The translations under genes and the position numbers were made by a program. Positions 1 to 11,060 of a stretch of DNA of 64,000 nucleotides are shown here, piece after piece. Position 1 is the first letter of the stretch. Every line of letters begins with the position of its first letter. Origin of the DNA: Amphiscolops sp. MND2022 (taxonomy: Eukaryota); assembly GCA_964187785.1 (NCBI GenBank), contig OZ076413.1:49292001-49356000 (forward strand). The letters are read 5' to 3'. Under the pieces are notes generated by a model. The model was not told where the DNA came from. It ran no database searches and saw nothing but the letters and a program-made list of their open reading frames with translations.

Positions 1-1500
1 ATGAAAGATGTGATAAATACCAAGACATGAAAGAAACTAGGAAACAATCAAAAACAAAAAGCGAGAAGATAGCTCGAGAAATCCACCTCAAAGACAAGGC
101 GAGAGTTACAGCCATAGCACAACTTACATTTCTATAGATCCAGAAACATAAGATGAAGCTTCTGGTTCTAGTGATAGAGTCGAGTGGCAAGAAGTTATCC
201 AAACTGAGCTAAAGTGTCCTAAGGAAACTAAAACTTGGAATTTAGTTGAGCGGCCAACTCAGAAAAACGTGATTCCTGGAAATTGGGTTTCCAAAAGGAA
301 AACCAAAGCTATGGAAGCATTGAAAACTATAAAGCTCGGTATGTAGCCAAAAACTTAATCCAAATTGAAGGCATTGACTATTCAGAACCGTTTGCACCAA
401 CCAGTAAACTTGAAACTTTGCGTATCATACTTCTGTTCGATGCGAAAGGCAAGTTTACGCTCAAACAAATAGAAGTGAAATCAGCTAACTTGCATCCTGA
501 AGTCAAGGAAAATATATGTCTTTAGCAACCAACAGGCATCTAAAAACTAGATAGCTCAGGTAACAAACTTGTCTGCAAACCAAAAGTTCAATCTAAGGAT
601 TGAAACAGGCTGCTAAAAATTGGTACGAAGAACTAGCAATCTTTCTCATACAACAAACTTTCATTCTGACTGACAAAAATGATTACTGCCTGTTCAGTAA
701 AATTGAAAACAATGAAGTGTTGTATCTTTTATGATCGGTAGATGATTTTGTGATAGCCGGTAGGAACAATGGCGGTAGAACGCCAGCTGAGAACAATCTC
801 AATCAAGTTAAAGCAACTGAGAATGAGACATTGGTAGATGAAAGATTGCATAGAAGTTCAGTAGGGTCTCTACTATGCATAGCTGAGCAGACTATGCCAG
901 ACATAGAGTGGATAGTTATTGTGCTCTCACGATTCATCGACTAACCAACAAACACTGCTTGGCTGGCTGGCAAAGATGTTCTCCGGTATCTTCAAGCCGA
1001 CTTCCATTGGTCTACCCGTGAGACAATGATTTTTACCTACTCGGAGAAAGCAATGCAGATTGGAGCAGACTGGAGGGGGGCTACTTTTTTGAAGCTCGGT
1101 AATCGTTTGGTAGCAGTTAGGTGACAAACCAAGAAACAACAGACTGTGGCTCTTTCATCCTGCGAAGTTGAGTACCAGGATTTGGCAGCAACTTTGCAAG
1201 AGGCAACTTTCTTGTGATCCATCCTCTGGAACATGGGCTATCAGCAGATGCAGGCAACACGCATTGGTGAAGACAACCTAGCCTGACAACCTAACCCCCG
1301 TAATGCACAAGCTATCAAAGCATATTGACACAATGTATTTGTCCGTGGAAAAGGCGATGACAATTCTGTTCAACTGATCTATTTGCCAACAGATAAACTG
1401 GCAGCCGATTTTTTGAAAAAGGAACCTCCACAACTGAAAGTGGAACAACACCGGCGATTTCCATTGAGTCAAAGTTAGATTCTTTCTCTAGTTTCGAAAA
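1..1500 (+). pseudogene. pol: Decayed Ty1/copia pol (RT and RNase H), 5' truncated by the window edge
   Basis: Copia-type motifs are split across frames by stops and frameshifts: YKARYVAK..QIEGIDYSEPFAP, GLKQAAKNWY, RSSVGSLL, KKQQTVALSSCEVEY, KHIDT. Confidence 0.9.
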
Positions 1501-1513
1501 AATCAGATTGGGG

Positions 1514-1710
1514 TGTTAAGGAAATCTTACGCAAAATTCAAGAGCAAAAGACTTTGCCTTATATTACTAGTAGCTCAAAGTTTAGACGAAACAAACTTAC
1601 CAGACGTACTCCTGAAAAGCAATTCTGACAGAAAGTAATGTTTGGTGCTACTTCAGTTGAATTATTTGCTGGTGTTCAACATTCAATATTGAATGTCGAA
1701 ATTACTAACA
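1514..1710 (+). repeat. Probable 3' LTR of the copia element
   Basis: Starts TGTTA right after a purine-rich PPT-like tract (AGATTGGGG) downstream of RNase H and ends TAACA (inverted termini). The partner LTR is not in the window. Confidence 0.55.
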
Positions 1711-2037
1711 AACATAACTTCTTTGGTCGTAAAACCCTCAGGCGAACTTATACATCGCAGTAATACAATCTTTGTTTTCTCACAACTCATGTTGTCAAAT
1801 CAAGCTCTCAATGATTGACTTTCTGATAAACTTTCTCGTTCCTCTAGCTTTGGCGGAAAGGGTGTTTGAATTCTATAATATACTTAGTCTTGTCTGGGAA
1901 CAACAAACTGAAAACTGAAATCCCAAAAACTCCTCGAGACCAAAAATCCCACTAATTGACTGACTCTCTGACCATGAATCACCGAGTCACATAAACTGTT
2001 GAAGGATTGAAGTGGTTTTGTACCGGCCTTCAACAAC

Positions 2038-2298
2038 AACAGTTATTTCATTGGCTGATATTTTATAGAAGACGTTGTTAACATTTTTATTTGGAATTCA
2101 TTTTTTTCTAACCTATGATCATACAACAAAGTTTCAAATTATTGGGCGAAATAGCCTCTTTGGGCGTGATGCCCTGAGGTGAAATGTCCGGACACCCTTT
2201 TCATCTCTTCTTCAGGTGATTACATGTTAAAAATTTGACGTTCAAATAAAATGGTTAACATCGTCTTCTATAAAACACCAGCCAGTGAAATATCTGTT
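2038..2298. mobile_element. MITE-like element with ~55-bp terminal inverted repeats
   Basis: cagttatttcattggctgatattttatagaagacg... (2040) is the near reverse complement of ...cgtcttctataaaacaccagccagtgaaatatctg (2296). No coding capacity. Confidence 0.7.
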
Positions 2299-3411
2299 TT
2301 CAAGAACTTCAAATGTTGGTTGAGTTTTGAAGTACATATCTCATTCGTGAAAACCTTAGTCTTATTTTTACACCAGATACACATTGCATTTCAGAGAGTG
2401 GCAATGACAACACTTCGATGCTAGATTGATTGAATGAAATATCTCAAAGGCTTCAACTGTAATCATCGGATATTCATCGAGGTATCACTCGATCATCAAT
2501 CTCACACAAAAAGCGGTAAACAGTATATTTCATCTGCAAAAAACGTTCGTTACGTAACCATAGCACAGGACACTACTTACAACCAAGAAAAACTAAGAAG
2601 AAATATCCAGGAGTAGAAACTGTGAACTCATTGCCGAAAAAGTTGAACTATGGGCGAAACTCTTTTGTAATTTCCGGTCTGCAGAAGTAACACGCGGTAA
2701 ACTCAGAAAACCTTGCCTATATAGATCCAAAAATTTTTTAAAATTGAAAATTTAACTTTTTTGACATTTTACTTTTGTGATAGAAAGTCATATACCTGTA
2801 TTTTACAAAAAACCTCTGGATATTTGCCTGCCAGATGGTGCACATCGCTCCCGGAACTATATACTATAAACTCAACATTATTATAATTTAATCACTTGAC
2901 TACTTGAAAATTCCGAGTTCACTGGAGCTTCCAACGATCATTTCAAAAGCGGAAGCCAACTTCGTCGTATTCAAAAACAATGAAGTAGATTTTTCCATTA
3001 TCCGGAATGAATTTGAGGAGAATTCAACAGTAACCATAATCTGTTGGTCAAGTGCTTTCAACAAATTATGATCAAGAACTTCGTTCAATAATACTGCAAT
3101 GCGAGGTCAACAAAGGAATCAAGCGGAGGTGAAAAACTTCATGTTTGCAAGTGCGTTAGCTTATTGATATAGGCTCGAATCTTCTTGCTTTCCCACAATA
3201 TTATAAAATCGAAATACCCCACATTCGTTTTTTTCAGCAAATTTTCACTATTAAAACATGCTTGTTTATTTTTCAAGCAATATTCCAAAATTTCTGTACT
3301 TTCACCATATTCCTCTGTTTAAAAAGGAAAATTGATCTTTTTGAGAAAGTTTTTTCAAAAGTACGTCATTTTTTATAATCCAAAAATAATTCCTTATCAA
3401 CCATTTTAGAG

Positions 3412-3736
3412 ATGAAAGGCCTATCATTCAAAGTCATGTTTGTGGCCGTTGCTGTTCTGCTAGTCCCCGAAACAAAAGCGTTACTCTCTGAGTATATTTC
3501 AACAGAATCAGATCCCGGAACTGACGAAATTTGTTTGATGCTTCGCAAAACACTCAATTTGGTGAATATGCCGCAAATATGCCCCCAATCATGTGAAACG
3601 ATGATGCCGATCGAATACACGCAAATAGTAGCAAAATACGATACCCTGACAGGAATGTGTCTCTGCTACAATGCTTCTAGGGTGTGCATCTCGGAATCTG
3701 TCAGCAAAGACGGTCGTTTCATTTCCTTCATCCAAA
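3412..3736 (+). CDS. Probable first coding exon of a secreted Cys-rich host protein
   Basis: ATG followed by a signal-peptide-like MKGLSFKVMFVAVAVLLVPETKA and six Cys. Phase-1 donors at 3737 (GTAAGC) or 3713 (GTCGTT) are compatible with the downstream phase-1 exons. Confidence 0.6.
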
Positions 3737-3910
3737 GTAAGCTACGTTTCCAGCATTGAATGATCTGAGAAAAAAATCGAGAACGTCTAGTTTGATATCT
3801 GAGCTAAAAAGATATAAAAGTGCCGATTATGAATCAAGACGCCCGCTAAATACCGGAAGATTTTCCGTAACACACAAAGTGTGGAGAAGGTAAGATTCGA
3901 AGCCCATCTA

Positions 3911-5096
3911 CCCGGGTTGGAAATCAACCGCAGTCCACCGGTGGTCACCGATGTTCCACCAAAGCCCCACCGGTGGACCACTGCGGTGGCATCCGCAGAT
4001 TTTGCGGTGGCCACCGGTGGACCACCGGTGGACCACCGGTGGACCACCGATGGAGGTACTCACAGTACCACCGGTGGCCCACCGAAGATTCCACCGGTGG
4101 TCACCGTAGTTCCACCGGTGGTCACCGATTGTTCTACCGAGGGTACAATGATGATGCAGGTCCAGCAAAAATCGGCAGAAATTTAACAGAATTATAGACA
4201 AAAATTAACGAATTATCAGCCAAAAACACCTTAAAAGAGCGCAAATTTTGCGGAAATCATAGGATTCAAATCTATTAGTGAATACAATTCAAATCATTAT
4301 ATTTGGATACACTAAAATCAATAAATTATGAAAATAATACTCCTATAAAATCTTGTTTTTGGGTGGAACAATTAACGAACTTTCACCCAAAAATGGTAAC
4401 AAAAAAGCCTAAAAAGAGCGCAAATTTTGCGAAAACCACGGGATTTAAATCTACTCTTGAGTACAATTGAGATCTATATTTCGACACACTAAAATCAATG
4501 AATTATGAAAGTAATACTCCTATAAAATCTAGTTTTCGGGTGGAAAAATTAACGAAATATCACCTAAAAAGGCAACAAAAAAGCCTAAAAAGAGCGCAAA
4601 TTTTGCGGAAACCATGGGATTCAAAGCTACTCATGAATACAATTGAGATCTATATTTCGATACACTAAAATCAATGAATTATTAAAATAATTTGACTACA
4701 AAATCTAGTTTTCGGGTGGAAAAATTAACAAAAATACCCCCAAAAATGGTGAAAATCCTACCTATCTTGCGGCTGCAGGATGCGCGGTGCCGAAAAGCGC
4801 CCTTAATGCTACCCGGGCCATTAAGGTAACCCTCAGAAATCAATAAGTAACAATATAACAGTAAAAACATGCATGAAACCTAAAAAAGAATGACCGTCAA
4901 AATTTGACGCGCCGAAATTTGAATTAATAATTTTGAATTCGAATTTTTCAAAAAAAAAGTTTCACCGGTGGCCACCGGTGGATCACCGGCGGCCACCGGT
5001 GGAAATTCGGATCGAAACTTATGAACGTCTTCCACCGGTGGCCACCGGTGATACACCGGTGGTCACCGGTGGGTTGCGGTGGGTTTCCAGTACGGG
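3911..5096. mobile_element. Non-autonomous TIR/foldback DNA transposon with subterminal CCACCGGTGG arrays
   Basis: TA|CCCGGGTTGGAAATCAACCGCAGTCCACCGGTGG ... CACCGGTGGGTTGCGGTGGGTTTCCAGTACGGG|TA: imperfect TIRs, TA on both flanks, many palindromic ACCGGT units near both ends. Confidence 0.8.
4200..4750 (+). repeat. About 3 diverged tandem units of ~170-178 bp inside the foldback element
   Basis: Recurring aaaattaacgaa...aaaagagcgcaaattttgcg...acactaaaatcaat, starting near 4201, 4368, 4545 and 4720. Confidence 0.85.
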
Positions 5097-6509
5097 TATA
5101 TTTCTATACCTACCACCTACTTCATGGGAAAACCAAAAAATTTTCCAGGGTACGCCGTACCAACTGGGCCATGGTGACTAAAATATCCACATACTTAAAA
5201 GGGGTAATAAAGTGGAGCTTTGGCAGAATTTGAAAAAAAGCTACACAGATGGTGACTTTCCTCCCTCTACACAAATGAATTTGTGAAGGCGTAAAATAAA
5301 AAGTCAGCTTTGAAGAATTGCAAGATATTGCGTAACATGAAGAATTATAACATTAAAGCTTTTATAAAACGTAACGTTAAGTATGTTTCAAAAACTTGGA
5401 AATTCAATCACTACCGGATTGCACAGATGAATTTTCACTGTTTATAATTTCGTAACCAGCGCTGCAAGTGGTATAGAAATTCCCGATTCGGGCTAAAGAG
5501 AGCATCTGAACAAAAAAGCAAACAACCATCTAAAAACCTTCAATTGTTGTTGAAACGCGGGCAAAAAACTTTCGCAACAATTGTTTTCCATTCAAATAAA
5601 TGATTAAATCTACTTCCGCGTGCCAATTCTCAACCTTCAAAGTTTTTTTCAAAAACACAATTTACTAATTTACCAATTTCAAACATTGAAATTCAAGACA
5701 ATCTTGATGATTTAGAAAACTAAAGATTTAGAAAAATAAAGTTACTTCATGCTCGGGTTCTGCATAGTGAAACCCAACAAACGATACCCGTCGTGCTATG
5801 TGTGTTGAGTTTTAATTTGATTCATACGGATATTTTCAGCCACGACTCAATTTTAGTCAAAACTTGAAATGAAAACTATATTCACCCTGAATACAAAATC
5901 CAAAAAATGACTACAACTGTTTAGTATTTCTCAGGTACATTTTCACTGATAATTATGGTTTTTTGTGACTAAGTTTTTTGATGAATAATGTAGAAATGAT
6001 GACACTTTTCAAATTGTTTTGACTCCTAATCACACAGAAAATAAGAGCACAGTGCTTTCTTAAAAAATCAATTTCAACACTTTTAACTGTCAAAAAAGAC
6101 TAACAAAAAACTAACAAAAGACAGACAAGAGTTCTAAAACTAGGGATGAGTGGAAGTAAAGATTTTCTTTTCAGAATAAAGGGAATAGGCAAGTTTTAAA
6201 CCCACCATTAAAGCGTTTTCGTTACTGGATATACTGCAAAACCCAAGCACAAGATACTCTATCCAAACCTCAGGAAATTCTAATATTTAAACTGAAAAGC
6301 AAAATTCACATTTGATACACCCCCTAACTCTACGAAAACAATGTGAGATGGGAGTTACTTCTCCTCAAATTTATAAAACCGTTTATAACTCTAAGGTGAA
6401 AAATTGTCTACATGTGACACAGATGTTGGTCTTCTTGTTGTAAAAGATATAGTTTCTTCAAGAGGTAATGATTTTCATACAGCAAAAGATCCATTAGTTC
6501 TTGAAGGCC

Positions 6510-7190
6510 TGTAACGTCACCCTGTGATCAACGAAAATTTTGGAAATTGCTGAAAAATTCGTTAAAAAATGACGTGGCCCAAGAACGTGTCTTTACGAAG
6601 TACCAGCCCGCAGAAAGCATATAGGAGCAAAAAGAGGGCCACACCGCGAAGCGGAAGAGCGAAAGAACGAACAAAAGCACGTGTATGGTCACGAAATCGT
6701 GTATTTTGACAGCCCATGCGCTGAAATTCTAGACGTACCCAGGAGTTTACCCGCAAAACAGCATGACGGAGTGATTGCAATATCCATGCCCGGGGTTGTG
6801 CCCAGCTCGAGCACTGGTGCCATGCCACACAGGAACCCGCCCAATTCGCCGAACTGGACTTCAGTACCTGATTGTGATGTTTACCGAATTTGTTTGATTA
6901 ATTATTAGCTCGAGGGCTACTCAGTTGATGCTATTTACAGTAGATTCCCATCTGAAGAAATTTAGTTTTATGCAACCTCGCCTCTTTTTTACAGGCTATT
7001 TACGCAGTGGATACGAAGGAAAAGGCGTATTTCATGTGACTAGTAGCAATTACAGACTAGAACAGGTCAGAAGGCATCCCTAGAGACGGTTCCCCCTCCT
7101 CGGGATCGGCTTCCTTAGGACAAAATGGGCTGGAGTTATGATGATTGGTCCCGAATCTTAATCCATGACCCCAGTTCCTCCAATCTGTGA
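6510..7190 (+). mobile_element. Truncated solo LTR fragment related to the LTRs of elements A and B
   Basis: Starts TGTAACG and has GAAATTGCTGAAAAATTCG about 35 nt in, like the 5' ends of LTR A and LTR B read on the minus strand. No CA terminus found. Confidence 0.45.
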
Positions 7191-7248
7191 AGCTGGTCTT
7201 CTTGTTGTAAAAGATGTAGTTTCTTCAAGAGGTAATGATTTTCATACA

Positions 7249-9728
7249 TGTAACGACTATTTGCCGGTGTTGTTTTAGAGTTAGTCGCAGTGTGTATCTT
7301 AACGGGGGTGGACGACCTTATTGCGGAAACATTTTCAGGTTCAGAATCAGAGTCTTGGACGTTCACGTGGGCAGTTTGTTTCTTGTTTGAAGGCGCTATC
7401 AGTCTAAGCATTTCCTTTTGATTCTCCGCGAGTATTTTTGTTAAATCAGACATGATTTCTTTTCTCAACGAAGTTTTAATTTCTTCGAGATTTTCAGGTT
7501 CTAGCCTAGCCGACTTACTAGGTCCAGCTATTAGGCTTTCAGGGGGATTATTTTCGGCTAGGGAATCTTCAAAGTCACCAGAGACAAGCTCTGCTATAGC
7601 CTTCCTTTTCTGACTTCTAGTTGTCATTTTAGTTGAAAGAGAGAGAGAGAGAGAGAGTATCTTTGGAAGTATTGAATTCCTAAAGATTTAAGTTTTCTTT
7701 CGAACACGTTTTGATAACGGAACAGAACTAATTGTTACAAAACGGATTACAAAACTCAATGAATTACATGTATGTTTTACATATTTATACCTTCCCAGCA
7801 TCATTTGTTCCTCACCTAAAAATTCCTAGGTATCACAAAATCGGGTTTGTTAAAAAAAAAAGCGCTAATGATTCAACTTATTTCAGCCCGGCGTCATAAA
7901 TTCAGGTATCGAAATTCCTAGTTACGCCAGTACTCCGTAATACTTTGTTGAAATCATTTTTGTTCAGATAATCCGTTTCCTGTTTGAGCTTCAAAATTGC
8001 GGCAAAATAGAAGTCTAGCTGACATTTTTATCAGCGTAGGCACGCCGGCGTGATCAATTAGTCAACATTCAAGTTAGGAAATTGAGATTCGAAGCAAAAG
8101 TATGACACTCAAAAAGGACGACGGAAATGAAACGGAATTAAGAATTTCGGAAAATGGAAATGTTTAGTTATTAGAGAGGATAAATGATGCTGGAAGAATT
8201 TCACCAGGACACTTTGAACCACTGTTTTATATCATGAAGCGACAACAATACTTATTTAGTACAAAATTACATAAACGTAAACACAACGGTATTTGTAGCG
8301 AAAAATAGGTTCGTATAAATTTTACGCCTCATATAATATTGGAATCAGTTGTGGATTTTACATGATCATTTTATAGGTCAAACTCAAACCAAACATAACT
8401 TGACTTCAACTAGATTACTACTTTAAAGTAGCATAAAATATGGACTTCCGGCGTTGTTACGCCAACATTAGTGTAAAGCATCAAAATGAAAGTTGTTCGT
8501 AATATAAAAAGGGTGGAGGAAAACTTCATAGCTCTCCTAACACTAGCTGCGTACTTGATTATCATTGATAAAAATAACATGTGTGTTCTTAATTGAAGGG
8601 ATTACCTAGCTACAACTAGCACCGAACGTTATCCTCACGTTGTCTTTTTTAACTACGTCTACGGAACGTAATAATATGATATTCAACATTAATCTTCTAA
8701 AAGGGAGTCTTATGCAACGTGGTGTTAACGGATTATCTTTACAATGCAAGATTAAAACACACGGTAAACTTTTCAATTCTCTCTTACAGTACAGCTTTCT
8801 TTATGTAAAGTTATTCCTGAAACCTTTAAATGCGTCGATTCAGAAAGATCTCGTTTAAATTCCGTTTAGAACAATACTTCATAGTTGCTGTTTTTACAAT
8901 ATGCTCCGTAGGCCTTCCGTATGTATTAAGATTGGTTATAGCTGAGCGGCAGAATACAATTTTACAATCCGCTCCGTAAGCGCTCCGTATGTATTAAGAT
9001 TGGTTATAGCTGAGCAGCAGTAGCTAGCGGAGTGAAAACGGAGAGCGTAGGCGATTTCATTCTCTTTCCTTAGCTTGTAAGCGTTGCTAAGGGCAACCAA
9101 GCGCAATTCTATTGGTATGAGCTCAAATAAGTCCGCCAGCAAGCAACGCTATTGGTCCGTAAAAATAGAAACACCCGTTGCTAGCCTAGTTGAGTGACGC
9201 TGTCATAACGTTGCAAACATTTCCTTAAAATCAATTGACTGCGGTTTTAAGTGGATACTTAACAACTACTGTAATATTGGAATACATTTCCACTATATTT
9301 TGTATTTTCTTTCATTTTAGATCGTATGGACTCCGTTGGGATCTCGGAGTTAAATGTCGTCCCTGTGTTTTCATTTTAGTGTGGAGCAACAAAATTGATC
9401 CTATTTGCAAAAATGTTTTTGTTTTAGTATTTAGATTGGAATAGAAAACCTCAGAAGATAAAACCGGATATAAAACGGCGTTGCGTGTAAAAACATTAGA
9501 CCGGAAGTTTTAGCTAGTTTAAAAGTCATTTCTGAAAAACCTTCCGTAACGCTTACGTTAAGTTCTGTATCTGGAAAATTATTTGCGCTTATTTAGCTGT
9601 ACTGTAAGTAGAATTTGATTAGTTTAACAGAGTTTAAAAGTATTTCCTTTGCCCTTGTCCGTGTCCTCTGCCGAATCCCGGTACTCCAGAGCAGCAAGTA
9701 AAATTACGACCGGGAGCGGGTCGTGACA
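7249..9728 (-). repeat. 3' LTR of element C
   Basis: TGTAACGAC...GTCGTGACA; direct repeat of 22502-24966 at a few percent divergence. On the minus strand it is preceded by a PPT-like AAGAGAGGCCG. Confidence 0.95.
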
Positions 9729-10509
9729 CGGCCTCTCTTGAAGCAAGAGACAAGGGTAGTCCGTGACAATGCGGGATTTCCTTTTTTACCACAACTGAGG
9801 GACGGCTGATATATTTCCGTACTTGGTTGGGGCCACGTCTTCTTCCCGCCTTCATATATTCGATCTTCTTTTCCTCTTCTTCGAGGTCGAGCACCATTTT
9901 TTCTAGGTATTGCATTTCTTCAGGAGAAATTTCGGGTGGCTTACTTTGCTCGTTCAGGTCATTCAGGGGACTGACAGGGCGGCGGTTTTCTTTCGGTAGA
10001 GAAACTATTCTTGGCGCGCGGCGTCCACAGCCCATTGCTGCATAGTATATGCGGTCTTCTATGTCTAGGTTGTTTGTAGCTTCCAGCTCCATTACTGAGG
10101 GCTCGTTTTGATTCCCTGATTTGATTGTCCCCGGCGCTCTCTCGTTTCCTAGTTAGGGGATGTTGATTTTTTCTTTTAGTGGCATTGTAGGCTTCGATGA
10201 GGAGGGCTGGCATATTGGTGAGTCTGGTTCCTCATAGTAGTTATCGGAGTCCGAAATCGAACCTCTTGCAGGGGGCAGGTTAAACGAAACTCTGGTGAAC
10301 TTTTTCTTTTTAGGAGTAGGTTCCGTTTTTCTCACGCCGTAGTCTGATTCGAAAGTTGAATCTAGTTCAGCGTCAGTGGATCGCCATGCTTCTGGCGATG
10401 AATCGCTTATGTTTAGTTTCCCGACCATGTTCAAGGGCACTGTCTTAATCGGCGTGCTGGTCATTCCTTCATCCGATGAAATGTCGATGACTAAGGATTA
10501 GCCGTTCAT
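9634..10509 (-). pseudogene. Accessory ORF of element C (~290 codons, two in-frame TAA), running into the 3' LTR
   Basis: ORFs 10153-10464 and 9634-10092 share a frame and are separated by one TAA. Upstream ATG at 10509 (MNG*SLVIDISSDEG). Hydrophilic and low-complexity. Confidence 0.55.
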
Positions 10510-10861
10510 TTTCCGTAGATATGACAGGAGAATTTTTTAGGGTTATTTCTTGCTGACAAAAAATCGCGCAGTGAGAGAATTTAGAATTTTATGCTGGTCA
10601 AGCTGAAGGTTTGGACGACAAATGAACGTTTCAAGTTCTTTTCCTTCGTGATTTTCATTGAAATTCTATTGGTCGGTTTTTCCGCTTTCGTTCCGGTGCG
10701 TCCCGAGTCGGGAAAGGAAAGCTTGCTAACTGCGCTGTGATTGGTCGAGACTCGTAGGAAAAGCTTCTAATTTTACGTTCCTTTTCTTTCTCAGTCAATG
10801 ACGTCATGACGTTATTGATTTCTTCTCGAATATTCTACGTTCATGTTCCGTAATTTTCAAA
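10510..10861. promoter_or_regulatory. Candidate bidirectional internal promoter
   Basis: Short gap between two divergent genes, with ATTGG (CCAAT) at 10668 and 10740 and a perfect CRE TGACGTCA at 10799. Confidence 0.4.
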
Positions 10862-11060
10862 ATGGCATCTTTCTTCAGAGCTTCTTGATGAATCTTTTAT
10901 TCATCTGTAGTATATTTGGAAACGTTTTGTTCCTTCAATGCCATAATAGGCTTTCACTGAAGATGAAGATTAGATGATTTTTCAATTACGTAGGGATGAC
11001 GTTGTTAATTTTTCTTTGGTGGTTGCGTACGGGTGACGTAGTTTTCTTCTCTTTTTCCAG

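Noticed and set aside
3930..4130. CRISPR-like array
   Set aside because: The repeats are short and adjacent, with no unique spacers and no cas genes, in a eukaryotic context.
3787..5233. Overlapping ORFs rich in HRW/TGG/PPV
   Set aside because: These are translations of the palindromic CCACCGGTGG array, open in many frames.
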